64,000 nucleotides of DNA, taken from a virus. Its lineage: Duplodnaviria > Caudoviricetes. How positions within the stretch are numbered: the stretch's first letter is position 1; each line of letters starts with the position of its first letter. The translations under genes were made by a program, and so were the position numbers. This document shows positions 55,501 through 64,000 of this stretch, piece after piece. The notes under the pieces were generated by a model. The model had not been told where the DNA came from. It ran no database searches and was given only the letters and a program-made list of their open reading frames with translations. The stretch lies in the IMG/VR virus record IMGVR_UViG_3300021963_000022. One strand, 5' to 3'.

Positions 55501-56088
55501 AGTCATATGATGTTACGTACATTCTTACGAAACGATGCTGTAGCTTATCCTTGGTTAGCGGCAGCAGGTACACGTCGTGGTACTATTGACAACGCATTGA
55601 ATATTGGTTACTTAGATGCAACTACTGGTGAATTCCAAGTTATCAAGAATCGTCAAGGCATTCGTGATGTATTGTATACAAATCAAATCAACCCATTAGC
55701 ATTCTTTACAGGTGTTGGATTACTAAACTATGGTAATAAGAACAGTAAAGACACAATGAGTGCGATGGATAGAACAAACGTAGCACGTTTAGTTTGCTAC
55801 ATCCGTGAACGTCTACAAGTTCTTGCAAGACCATTTGTGTTTGAGCCTAATGATGCATTAACACGTAATCAAATTGCAGGTGTTGTACAAACATTGTTTA
55901 TTGACCTAGTTGCAAAACGTGGTTTATATGACTACATCGTACAGTGTGATACACAAAATAACACACCAGCACGAATCGATAGAAATGAATTATGGATTGA
56001 TATTGCAATTGAGCCAGTGAAAGCGGCTGAATTCATTTACATCCCGGTTCGTATTGTTAACACTGGGGCCTTATCAGCATCAGCATAA
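52513..56088 (+). CDS. tail sheath protein (T4 gp18-like) with large insertion domains
   Basis: MALVSPGVQVTIIDES; C-terminal PWLAAAGTRRG, LYTNQINP, RTNVARL and FVFEPND..TR. Confidence 0.93.
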   Translation: MALVSPGVQVTIIDESQYVPSASNSVPLIILATAQNKTNAAGTGVAAATTKANANKLYQVTSQRDLVNLYGNPFFYKTSTNVPIQGYELNEYGLLAAYSLLGTTNRCFVLRADVDLASLTGSISRPLGDPADGTYWLDTTSSDWGIYEWNSTTQKFVEKTPLVITDSTDLTGDYPKVSLGNVGSYAVIASQPTTGPTSNSTYFYKNLDNVWVQLGGVDWKKSVPTAIGATYNPTVTVGDKFEIITSNFTLEITVPNSPNNDIDGVVSAINDYGIDEVFAENVGNKLYIYSAQVSANSYVTVNNLTGTPLEDLGLVDGKTYYQSLTTYGTSAQMPLWGSSQSQPRISGSVWIKTSVTGSGANLLLSKYNSILDQYIVQNCNMYSSDWAATYALDSTGGKAIPAGSTYGQYGYMNSWTSAPVILKERLATGATVATGTDTSPTFTNNACINVQVSVPGSSSLSSVYTVQMPSSGTVDAVDFVTAWQAAGIPNTTAIVTNEGSIQLSHTQGGQIIIDDYVNNFGVVQGTSNGTISDSGLDGAINAGFGPFSVFTAVGETTGGTGQAEPAGPATFTITAAGLSYTANATPVNAGENYSVGDVLTITGTQLGGDAPANNCSLIVTAVDTLSGAIISASVLQTSVAKARYTTQISNWISLDYTANEGAPASNPLNNTNWFYSVADEVDIMVNQSGTWKGYRNVNFNSDGFPSATGSPATDPDGPICAAVAPTEQSDGTALVYGDLWISTSAADLENYPVLSRWQSVDGVDQWVLVDTTDQVSSEGVLFADARWASSGAVDPVNDPIPTIVSMLTSNFTDLDCPDPDLYPTGMLLFNTRRSGYNVKQFRTNYFTANNYPSGSLPSQSYTWVSASGLNTNGSPYMGRKAQRNIVVQALRSAVSTNMSIREEDTYFNLMAAPNYVELQPDMVTLNNERNNTAYIVGDTPLRLADQATDIQNWATNAAGASSSGEDGWVTRNEYLGVFYPSGITTDTTGAQVVVPASHMMLRTFLRNDAVAYPWLAAAGTRRGTIDNALNIGYLDATTGEFQVIKNRQGIRDVLYTNQINPLAFFTGVGLLNYGNKNSKDTMSAMDRTNVARLVCYIRERLQVLARPFVFEPNDALTRNQIAGVVQTLFIDLVAKRGLYDYIVQCDTQNNTPARIDRNELWIDIAIEPVKAAEFIYIPVRIVNTGALSASA

Positions 56089-56091
56089 TAT

Positions 56092-56112
56092 AGTCCCCCT
56101 CGGGGGACTTTT
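56092..56112 (+). terminator. hairpin/terminator between sheath and tube genes
   Basis: AGTCCCC-ctcg-GGGGACT-TTT. Confidence 0.65.
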
Positions 56113-56146
56113 ATGATAAGATAAATAATTATATAGGAGAAATAAC

Positions 56147-56776
56147 ATGGCAACAGCCTCACAATCACTGTTCAATATGACCGTAGGAGCAGACAACACA
56201 CCTAGCTCTCAGGGCCTATTGATGCCTAAATTGCAATATCGTTTCAGAGCATTATTTTTGAACTTTGGTACAGGTGGCTCTACACAAGAGCTAACCAAAC
56301 AAGTTATTGATATTGCAAGACCCAGTGTTTCATTTACGGAAATACCAATTGATATTTACAATAGTAAAATATATCTAGCTGGTAAACATGAGTGGACCAC
56401 TACAACTATCAACATGCGTGATGACGCAGGTGGTAACGTTAGTAAATTAGTAGGTCAACAAATTCAGAAACAAATGGATTTTGTTGAACAAGCTAGTGCC
56501 GCAACTGCACAAGATTATAAGTTTGAAATAAACTATGAAGTACTAGATGGCGGAAATGGTTTAGCTACACCAACAGTATTAGAGAAATGGGAACTTTATG
56601 GTTGCTTTATTCAGACTGTTAACTACAACAACATGAATTATAGCTCAAACGAAATGGCTACTATCTCATTGACTGTACGTTATGATAATGCTATTCAAAG
56701 CCCATTGACATCTGGTATTGGTACTAGTGTAGGTCGTGCATTTGGTGGTACAGCAGTAACTGGTATTGGTAGTTAA
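56147..56776 (+). CDS. tail tube protein (T4 gp19-like)
   Basis: PKLQYRFR, RPSVSF, YLAGKHEW, WELYGCF and LTVRYDNA; follows the sheath gene. Confidence 0.88.
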   Translation: MATASQSLFNMTVGADNTPSSQGLLMPKLQYRFRALFLNFGTGGSTQELTKQVIDIARPSVSFTEIPIDIYNSKIYLAGKHEWTTTTINMRDDAGGNVSKLVGQQIQKQMDFVEQASAATAQDYKFEINYEVLDGGNGLATPTVLEKWELYGCFIQTVNYNNMNYSSNEMATISLTVRYDNAIQSPLTSGIGTSVGRAFGGTAVTGIGS

Positions 56777-56782
56777 TAACTA

Positions 56783-57967
56783 ATGGCAGGATTCTTCCAA
56801 GACTTGTTAAAGGACACTGTCAAAGGATTCTTTGGCAGTGAGTACCTTCGTGATTATACTCACGCTAGTAAAACGTTTAGAACTAACTCTTATCAGTTTT
56901 CTCCTAAATATAAGTTCTTGTTTCATGTCTACTTTGACATAAACTATCAACTATTAGGTGATAGCTTTCAATTTCCTGATGGGACTAAAAACTTTTTCGG
57001 GTTAGCAGTTAAAACTGTTCAATTGCCTAAGTATACATTTGATTTGCACACAATGAATCAGTACAATCGTACTAGAATTGTGCAAACCAAAATCAAATAT
57101 GATCCTATCAATATCACATTCCATGATGATAATGGTAATTTGATTAGAAAGTTATGGTATAACTACTATTCATACTACTTCAAAGATAGTGTACAAACTG
57201 ATCCATACGAATCATATACACCTACTCCATCATCATATGGTGGTAAACCTTCATACGGTAATTCAGGTCAATTAGATATGAACACACGTAATCTATATCA
57301 ACCTTCTATCACGGGTAATGATGATTGGGGTTATGTAGGTGAGTCAGGCAACGGACAACAAACTAATCTAGGCGCAACTATTGGATCTAGTAAAGCTCCG
57401 TTCTTTAGATCAATCAACGTATATGGTTTTAATCAACATAACTTTGTAATGTACAAGTTAGTTAATCCTATCATTGAGAGTTTTAGCCACGATACATATG
57501 ATTACTCTGCTAGTAACGGTATCATGGAACATCAAATGACATTGCGTTACGAGACAGTTAAGTATTACGAAGGTGCAGTTGATGGAAAAAATCCTAGCAA
57601 ATATGTTCCTGAGTTTGGTGATATAGAACACTATGATAGAACACTTAGCCCTATTGCAAGACCTGGTTCTAATTCAAGTATATTAGGACAAGGTGGTTTA
57701 GTTGATGGCATCGGTGGTACAATGCAAGACTTAAAAGACGGTAACTGGATTGGTGCTATACAAAAAGCAGGAGCAATGAAGAACACGTTTAAGAATCCTC
57801 AAAATATTCTTAAGATTGCTAAATCAGAAGCTTTATCTACCGTAGCTAATTCGATTAACCCTCCTCCTAATTCAAATAATCCGTTTAAGTTTCCTGTAGC
57901 TGACATAGCTAACAATATCAACGGCAACATATCAAACTTTTTAGGTAAACCACCTAGAGTGGGTTAA
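56783..57967 (+). CDS. tube-fold baseplate/tail-tube initiator (gp48/gp54-like)
   Basis: VKTVQLPKY..NQYNR..YDPINITFHDD..NPIIESFSHD..MTLRYETV. Confidence 0.6.
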   Translation: MAGFFQDLLKDTVKGFFGSEYLRDYTHASKTFRTNSYQFSPKYKFLFHVYFDINYQLLGDSFQFPDGTKNFFGLAVKTVQLPKYTFDLHTMNQYNRTRIVQTKIKYDPINITFHDDNGNLIRKLWYNYYSYYFKDSVQTDPYESYTPTPSSYGGKPSYGNSGQLDMNTRNLYQPSITGNDDWGYVGESGNGQQTNLGATIGSSKAPFFRSINVYGFNQHNFVMYKLVNPIIESFSHDTYDYSASNGIMEHQMTLRYETVKYYEGAVDGKNPSKYVPEFGDIEHYDRTLSPIARPGSNSSILGQGGLVDGIGGTMQDLKDGNWIGAIQKAGAMKNTFKNPQNILKIAKSEALSTVANSINPPPNSNNPFKFPVADIANNINGNISNFLGKPPRVG

Positions 57968-57986
57968 ATAATATAGAACTAATATT

Positions 57987-58346
57987 ATGGCCCTTATTGA
58001 CGAAACATATTCAAATTTAGATAATACTGTAAAGATTTTTGATTCTTTCTACAACTTCCAAACGGTAGTAAACTCAAACGAATATGATATAGTGTATTCG
58101 TACTTCTTAGAAATATCACAGAGTAAAAGCATAGCAAAAAACTTCACAGCCTTTTTATTTAGAATTGCTAATGTCATTGGGGAAGATGCATTATCATTAC
58201 TAGACTATATTAAAGGTAAAAGTAAGTTACAAACTACTGCACTTATGGCGTACTATCTCAACGGTATAAAAAGCAAAACAACTTTATACGGTGTTAGTAT
58301 AGAGCCAGTACCAAACGAACCTGTTCAACGTAACATTGTGGTATAA
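57987..58346 (+). CDS. late hypothetical protein
   Basis: TAAATA at 57965; TAATG coupling to the next gene. Confidence 0.7.
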   Translation: MALIDETYSNLDNTVKIFDSFYNFQTVVNSNEYDIVYSYFLEISQSKSIAKNFTAFLFRIANVIGEDALSLLDYIKGKSKLQTTALMAYYLNGIKSKTTLYGVSIEPVPNEPVQRNIVV

Positions 58347-58786
58347 TGGCAAACTTTGCACAAGGTGTATTCGTACCAACTAAACCAGAAAAATATGTAG
58401 GTAAACATAAACCTAGATATCGTAGCGGTTGGGAGTTTACATTCATGCAATTCTGTGATAAGAATGATGCAGTATTGCAATGGGCAAGTGAAGCAATTTC
58501 AATACCCTATCGTAACCCATTGACGGGTAAGCCATCTATGTATATCCCTGACTTTTTTATTGTATATCAGAATAAGTTTGGTAAACAAATAGCAGAGATG
58601 GTTGAAATCAAACCCAAGAAACAAAGTATTATTGAAAGCAAAAAAGCTAATGCTAGAGATAGAGCAGTGGTAGCACTTAATCATGCTAAATGGGCAGCAG
58701 CCAATACATACTGCAAGCGAAGCGGCATCACATTTCGTGTAATTACTGAGGATGACCTTTTCTACAAGGGCGGCACCCGCAAATAA
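58346..58786 (+). CDS. head completion nuclease (T4 gp4-like, TnsA-N fold)
   Basis: YRSGWE..FCD..QWASE..IPY..YIPDF..EIKP..KWAAA..FRVITE. Confidence 0.88.
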   Translation: MANFAQGVFVPTKPEKYVGKHKPRYRSGWEFTFMQFCDKNDAVLQWASEAISIPYRNPLTGKPSMYIPDFFIVYQNKFGKQIAEMVEIKPKKQSIIESKKANARDRAVVALNHAKWAAANTYCKRSGITFRVITEDDLFYKGGTRK

Positions 58787-58810
58787 ATACTACTATAATA
58801 GGATAGTTGT

Positions 58811-59311
58811 ATGACCAAAAAACTAAGTGAATTGTTTGATCTTCCTGATTTTGAATCAGAAAAGGAAATAAACGAATCCAACATTGAAAAAGCTGAAGCT
58901 CAAGTAATCACGCAAGAAGCATATTCTAATCTAGAAAAGATTGAGAATGCACTTCCTCAAGTTAGGGGATTAGAAGCAAGCGACATTGAGATGGATGAAT
59001 TAGCTAGTCTAGCAACTAACAGCTATAAAGACTTGATGGATCTAGGTATGCAAGTTGATAGTAGATTTGCTAGTGAAATCTTCAATAGTGCTAGTAGTAT
59101 GTTAGGTCATGCAATCACAGCAAAAACAGCTAAAATCAACAAAAAACTTAAAATGATTGACTTACAACTTAAAAAAGCATCATTGGATCATAAAACACAG
59201 TCTAAGATAGAAGAAATACAAAGCACCCCACTGGGCGAGGGCAATCTATTAGATAGGAATGAACTACTAAAAACATTGTTGGCAAACAAAAAAGACAATA
59301 GTGATAAATAA
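58811..59311 (+). CDS. helical late protein, possibly terminase small subunit
   Basis: Size, helical pattern and morphogenesis context; no decisive motif. Confidence 0.35.
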   Translation: MTKKLSELFDLPDFESEKEINESNIEKAEAQVITQEAYSNLEKIENALPQVRGLEASDIEMDELASLATNSYKDLMDLGMQVDSRFASEIFNSASSMLGHAITAKTAKINKKLKMIDLQLKKASLDHKTQSKIEEIQSTPLGEGNLLDRNELLKTLLANKKDNSDK

Positions 59312-59330
59312 TTAATACAGGAATAAAACA

Positions 59331-59927
59331 ATGAAGAGCCTACGTCATTATCTAACAGAGAGTGTCAGAACATATCAATATACTATCAAAATCTTAGGTG
59401 ATTGCGATGCAAAGTTTATGGAAATGTTCAAATACAATCTAAGTAAATTCGATCCAGTAAAGATCGACACACCTAAATCCACACCTATAAGAAAATCTAT
59501 TCAAGGTTTTCCTGATGCATCAAATGATTCGTTGACTATCATTAAAGTTGAGTTTAAATACCCAGCTACTGAGCCAATGATTCAACAATGTGCTCAAGCA
59601 TGTGGTTGTAATATTAATCGTGTTAGAATGCAAACAACTGAGTTTGCTGATAGCATTGAACATACAGCGGAGCAGTATGCTAATCAAGTTGATGACAGTC
59701 CATTGTTGTTAAAAACTGAAATGGCAGATGATGGTAAAGAAGCTAGCAAAGAATATGCTAATCAATATCTTGACCGTGTCATCCCTAAAAAATCTAGCAT
59801 TAATATTCCATACGATGCACCAAAGACTGCTACTCAGCCTAACAAGAGTAAAGAAGGTATTAATACAATTAGTCCTATGAGTAAAATGACTAGGCCGCAA
59901 CTTCCTCCTACAGGAGCAAGAAGATAA
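59331..59927 (+). CDS. late protein with CTS-like start MKSLRHYLTE
   Basis: Late box at 59304; 198 aa. Confidence 0.7.
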   Translation: MKSLRHYLTESVRTYQYTIKILGDCDAKFMEMFKYNLSKFDPVKIDTPKSTPIRKSIQGFPDASNDSLTIIKVEFKYPATEPMIQQCAQACGCNINRVRMQTTEFADSIEHTAEQYANQVDDSPLLLKTEMADDGKEASKEYANQYLDRVIPKKSSINIPYDAPKTATQPNKSKEGINTISPMSKMTRPQLPPTGARR

Positions 59928-60151
59928 TGATTGACTTTTCTACTACACAAATTAGTTGGATATTAATTGGTGCCTGCAGTATAGGTGGCACTGGTTATAT
60001 GACAATGGATGGTAAAATAGGTGAGATGGATAAAAAACTTGCAATAGTACATACTAAAGTAGAAGCAAGTGAAAAAAGATTAAGTGATGCTAATGCTCAA
60101 TTAGACCGCATTGAGAACTTAATCATAAATCAAAATAAAGGATCAAAATAA
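59927..60151 (+). CDS. small membrane-anchored coiled-coil protein
   Basis: N-terminal hydrophobic segment followed by heptads; TAATG coupling. Confidence 0.65.
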   Translation: MIDFSTTQISWILIGACSIGGTGYMTMDGKIGEMDKKLAIVHTKVEASEKRLSDANAQLDRIENLIINQNKGSK

Positions 60152-62643
60152 TGGATTTCAGAAGCATGTTAGAATCATTAAGCCAATTATCCGAGGCTAC
60201 GAAAGAAGTCAAGGGTGGCAGAGTACATACTGCTGAACCAGGTGGATATGGTCGCAAGGATGACGAAGATGAAGAAGGCAACAAAGTTAAAGCCAAATCA
60301 ACCGAGAAAAAAGGTCGTGGTCGTCCCAAGAAAGACGCTGACGAAACAGGTGAAGTAAAGAAGTATGACACTAAACATCTTCACAATGTATTTGGTGGCG
60401 GCAAAAAGCCAGAAAAAGATATTGGTAAGAAAAGTAAAAAGCACAGCTTAAAAGAGTTCATTGAAGAAGTTGAAAGTCAGAAGACTCTTAATGAGAATGA
60501 TGATTACGAAATATCAGCAGACAGAATTGCCGGTATGAATAAGATTCATAGAGATTATTATGAAAAGAATCCGCATTTTGCACGTAGCCATGAGAAACAA
60601 GCTATAGGTAAAACAATTGATGCTAGCGGTAAACCTGTTACAGCACTTGCAACAAAAGTCACACCTAAGTTTATTAAACCACAACAAGTTAAACGTATAC
60701 CAAGTGGTTCTTTCAAATCGAATGTAGAAGAAGAAAGTCCAATTCCAATGACAGGTACTGCTCCTCAAGCAGGACAAAAAGTAATTGTAAAGCCAGGCAT
60801 GCCAGCTGGCAAACCATCTGCAACAATGACTACACAAACAGGTCAACAAGTTGCTAGTGGACCAGCAGATCAAATTAAAAAGTTAGGTGATTTAGTTAAC
60901 ATGGGCAACGTTACGTTAACTAAGCCGGGTTCCAATCAACCATTAGCTGAAAAAGCAGTAAGTAAGAAGCAACAAAAATTCATGGGTATGGTACACGCCG
61001 CTCAAAAGGGTGAAAAGCCAGCAAGTAAAGAAGTTGGTAAAGTAGCAAAGACTATGAAGAAATCTGATGCTAAAGACTTTGCAAGTACTAAACATAAAGG
61101 CTTGCCAGAGAAAGTTAAAGAAACAAAAGATTTACCAGGTGATCAAGATAAATTAGATGTTGCACCACCAAAAGGTAAATTGACTAAGGCTGATTTTGAA
61201 GCCTTAGGTAAGAAGAAGAAAGTAGATGAAAGTATGAACATTTATGAAAGTGCGGTCAAACATTTTGTTGATGATTTGATTGCTGATATTGATAGCGCAC
61301 CTTTCCGTAGCGCATTTAACATTAAAGGTCATAATGCTGAACGTGCGGAAAAACAAATTCTTGCGGCAGTACAGCATGATGACAAGTATAATGGTCTAAG
61401 TGATGGCGCACAGCGTTCTCTTGTAAAGATTGCATTAGACTTCTTTAAAGATGAAGGTGAATTAGATGAAGGAATTAGAACAGGTACTGTTCCAATGGGA
61501 AATACATCTACACTACCGTTTGGTGCTAGGCCAAACATTGTGCAGAAACCTGCAGTTATGCGTAAGCAAGCAGGATCTGATTTCCCGTTGAGCCTCGGAC
61601 AAGTTAATGATACAAGTAATACATTAACTGATCCTAAAACAACAACTGGTTTAATGAGGGACTTAGCCAAGAAAAGTCCTTTTGCCCTAGAAGGAAAAAA
61701 CATGAAAGATATGCAAGTTGAAAGTTGGGAAAAGGAACTTAACTCATTATTAAATGAAGGCATTACAGTTTCTAGCAGTACAGGTCAGCAAGGCTCACCT
61801 GATTCAGTAAGTATTAATGCTACTGATGCAGATGCACAAGAATTGTTAGCTATTGTACGTCAAGCAGGGTTAGGTGTATTTGGTGGTGATAAGCCTACTA
61901 GTGCTTATGGAGCGCCAATAGATGCACATGCACATGGTGCAGAACCTGAGGGTCACGGTGTTGAGCCTGAAATGTCACCCTCAGTAGTTGGTGACGGCGA
62001 TGATATGTTAGCATTGATTAAAAAGATGACCGGTATTGAGACTGGTGCAGAAGCTCCAGCTACTGGTGAATTAGAAGTTACTTCTGACTACGAAGATGAA
62101 GAAGGCGAAGAAGATTCTGATAAACAGTCTTATGATGACGAAGAAAATTCTAAAGAAGAAACTACTGATGAGGGCGTTGTAGGCGCTGGCATCGGCGCCG
62201 GTCTTGGTGCACTAGTGGGTGGCCCGATGGGTGCCGCAGCAGGTGGTGCAATGGGTGGTAGCTTAGAAGAAGAAGAAGTCGAAGAAGGCAATAAGTATGC
62301 ATATAACGTATTAAAGGCTAAACAAGCAGGTAAGAAAAAGGCTGATTTAGACGGTGACGGTGATATGGAGCAAGTAAAAGAAGAAGGTGATCAGACTTGC
62401 AACGAATGTGGCGGAGCTATGTATGAGGGTCACTCATGTGATAGTGAACAAGTAGAAGAAAACTTCTCTAATGACGCCGGTGGTGATGCAATGGCTAACA
62501 CAGAAATGATGAAGCTAAAAGCATTGTTATCTATGGGAAATGATATGCACAAAATGAAGCATAATAACACTGTTGGTAACCCAACACAAGTAGCATTCCG
62601 TGAATCAATCAATGATTGGATGAAATTAAGCGGTATTAGGTAA
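60151..62643 (+). CDS. large modular internal-head/scaffold-like polyprotein (AT-hook, DUF3008-like, glycine zipper, Cys/His motif)
   Basis: GRGRPKK; KAVSKKQQKFMGMV..FASTKHKGLPEKV; GVVGAGIGAGLGA..; CNECGG..HSC; ends WMKLSGIR. Confidence 0.7.
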   Translation: MDFRSMLESLSQLSEATKEVKGGRVHTAEPGGYGRKDDEDEEGNKVKAKSTEKKGRGRPKKDADETGEVKKYDTKHLHNVFGGGKKPEKDIGKKSKKHSLKEFIEEVESQKTLNENDDYEISADRIAGMNKIHRDYYEKNPHFARSHEKQAIGKTIDASGKPVTALATKVTPKFIKPQQVKRIPSGSFKSNVEEESPIPMTGTAPQAGQKVIVKPGMPAGKPSATMTTQTGQQVASGPADQIKKLGDLVNMGNVTLTKPGSNQPLAEKAVSKKQQKFMGMVHAAQKGEKPASKEVGKVAKTMKKSDAKDFASTKHKGLPEKVKETKDLPGDQDKLDVAPPKGKLTKADFEALGKKKKVDESMNIYESAVKHFVDDLIADIDSAPFRSAFNIKGHNAERAEKQILAAVQHDDKYNGLSDGAQRSLVKIALDFFKDEGELDEGIRTGTVPMGNTSTLPFGARPNIVQKPAVMRKQAGSDFPLSLGQVNDTSNTLTDPKTTTGLMRDLAKKSPFALEGKNMKDMQVESWEKELNSLLNEGITVSSSTGQQGSPDSVSINATDADAQELLAIVRQAGLGVFGGDKPTSAYGAPIDAHAHGAEPEGHGVEPEMSPSVVGDGDDMLALIKKMTGIETGAEAPATGELEVTSDYEDEEGEEDSDKQSYDDEENSKEETTDEGVVGAGIGAGLGALVGGPMGAAAGGAMGGSLEEEEVEEGNKYAYNVLKAKQAGKKKADLDGDGDMEQVKEEGDQTCNECGGAMYEGHSCDSEQVEENFSNDAGGDAMANTEMMKLKALLSMGNDMHKMKHNNTVGNPTQVAFRESINDWMKLSGIR

Positions 62644-62656
62644 TATAAAAAGCTAT

Positions 62657-62687
62657 AAAATAGCTCGGTTAACCGAGCTATTTTTTT
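62657..62687 (+). terminator. intrinsic terminator (28-bp perfect palindrome)
   Basis: AAAATAGCTCGGTT|AACCGAGCTATTTT followed by TTT. Confidence 0.88.
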
Positions 62688-62739
62688 GGAACCTAATGTG
62701 CTACAAAATTTGATAAATACTCAATAAGGTTGGATATTT

Positions 62740-64000
62740 ATGTCTCAAGAGCTAATAGACTTTGGCGTGTTCCCTAATGATCCTGATGCGGATGCCATTA
62801 GAACTGCCTTCCAAAAATCACAAAACAATTTCACTGAACTATATACGTTAACGGTATCTACTGGTGTTGTAAGCGTACAGCCGGGTGCTGGTATATCAGT
62901 AAATCAAACACAGGGTAATGTTACTGTTACTGCTAATATTTCTAGCGTCACAGTTCAAACTGCTAACAATTTACGTGTTGGTATAGGTACACCAACAGGT
63001 CAGACTGCTACAATCACAACAGCAAGTACCCCTATTGCAATGGATTTGGCAGCTAATATTGTAGTTAATAAAGTAACTGCTAATTTTATTTCAGGTGCAT
63101 TAACTGCAGGACCACAACCGGGTATTACTGGTATTGGTGCTTTAAATAACTTAACTGTTACAGGTGATATTACTGCAAGTAACTTCCGTGGAAATGTTAT
63201 TGGTGGTACCATAAAGGGCACATTTAGTGCACCTGGATCAAACACACAAGTTATGTATAACAATTCTGGTGTGTTTGATGGTTCACCTAATTTAACATGG
63301 GATGGATTGACTTTAACAGTACGAGGTGATATTGATGCTGATAATATACAGTCTAATACTGTAACTGCTGTAGGGACTATAATAGCAGGTAATGCTAATT
63401 TAGGTGATACAGCATCAGCAAATCATTTTATAAGTCTTGATATTAATACCGGTAATGCAACTGCTAATTTCTTTATAGGTAATGGTAGTCTATTAACTGG
63501 AATAGAACTTGCTAATATGGCTAACTATGCTAACTATGCTAATTTTGCAGGTGGTATTATTGGTGGTAATGCAGGACAACTATTAATTCAAACAGGTGTA
63601 GATACAACAGGATTTGCTAATGTTGGAAACGTAGGTGATGTACTTATAAGTGATAGTGCTAACGGTATATACTGGGCTAATGGTACAATTTCTGGTATTG
63701 CATTAGGTAATACACTAGCGGCGTTAAAAAATGGTAATTGGATATTATCAAATGCAAATGCATATAACGGTAATATAGATGTTCAATTTGATGTTGATGG
63801 ATCAGTAACTGCTGATCCAGATAAAGTAGTAGTTCGTGATCCGGGTGGTAATGTCTTTGCAGAATATATTTTTGCTAACATATTGAATCCAGTAAGTGCT
63901 ACAATAGATATAGCTAATTTGCATATATCAGGTGGTACAATAAACTATGTATTAACTACTGATGGTGCAGGTGCCTTATCATGGCTAGATGTGTCGGGAA
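62740..64000 (+). CDS. fibre/baseplate protein with gp9/gp10-type N-terminus, cut by the window end (not in ORF track)
   Basis: Late box at 62713; MSQELIDFGVFPNDPDADAIRTAFQKSQNNFTELY; I read the frame as open to 64000; PQPGITGIG and YVLTTDGAGALSW modules resemble 39234..42374. Confidence 0.8.
   Translation, partial: MSQELIDFGVFPNDPDADAIRTAFQKSQNNFTELYTLTVSTGVVSVQPGAGISVNQTQGNVTVTANISSVTVQTANNLRVGIGTPTGQTATITTASTPIAMDLAANIVVNKVTANFISGALTAGPQPGITGIGALNNLTVTGDITASNFRGNVIGGTIKGTFSAPGSNTQVMYNNSGVFDGSPNLTWDGLTLTVRGDIDADNIQSNTVTAVGTIIAGNANLGDTASANHFISLDINTGNATANFFIGNGSLLTGIELANMANYANYANFAGGIIGGNAGQLLIQTGVDTTGFANVGNVGDVLISDSANGIYWANGTISGIALGNTLAALKNGNWILSNANAYNGNIDVQFDVDGSVTADPDKVVVRDPGGNVFAEYIFANILNPVSATIDIANLHISGGTINYVLTTDGAGALSWLDVSG

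Noticed and set aside
1-64000. Stop-codon reassignment (seen in some large phages)
   Set aside because: Under the standard code, recognisable genes are full length and tile the window densely; TAA, TGA and TAG all act as stops.
1-64000. tRNA, rRNA, CRISPR array, integrase, PhuZ or nucleus-shell genes
   Set aside because: No T-arm/cloverleaf patterns, spacer-separated repeats or matching motifs were seen by eye; intergenic gaps are all under ~250 bp. tRNAscan-SE would be the definitive check.

Overview
The window is 64 kb of a large, AT-rich T4-like myovirus (jumbo-phage-type) genome in the standard genetic code. It is densely coding, mostly on the + strand. Replication and recombination genes: gp32-type SSB, UvsX/RecA, UvsY, UvsW, primase, DnaB helicase, a ~200-aa C-family (DnaE-like) polymerase core next to a DEDDh exonuclease, and a PD-(D/E)XK exonuclease. 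Nucleotide and sugar genes: ThyA, dNMP kinase, MazG, Nudix, an NDP-sugar epimerase and a ROK kinase. Lysis and morphogenesis genes: spanins, TerL, gp13/14/15-like neck proteins, tail sheath, tail tube, gp4-like head completion nuclease and fibre/baseplate proteins. There is also a MoxR-type AAA+/VWA-metallopeptidase pair and one antisense GIY-YIG endonuclease cassette. I found no tRNA, rRNA, CRISPR array, intron or intein, and no recognisable portal or major capsid gene. Main points for a second look: (1) a late gene with a domain that aligns by hand to eukaryotic ubiquitin; (2) a putative modular capsid-cargo system, with T4-CTS-like N-termini, Glu-ended linkers, glycine zippers and a ParB/Srx cassette flanked in-frame by a 16-bp direct repeat; (3) many apparently leaderless genes under both sigma70-type and TAAATA late promoters, plus an anti-SD-like 3' UTR; (4) repeated TTGACAATAAAT promoter cassettes; (5) a six-member family of small proteins ending in F-x-L-x-W; (6) structured RNA leaders. 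All family calls come from motif recognition by eye; no database was searched.
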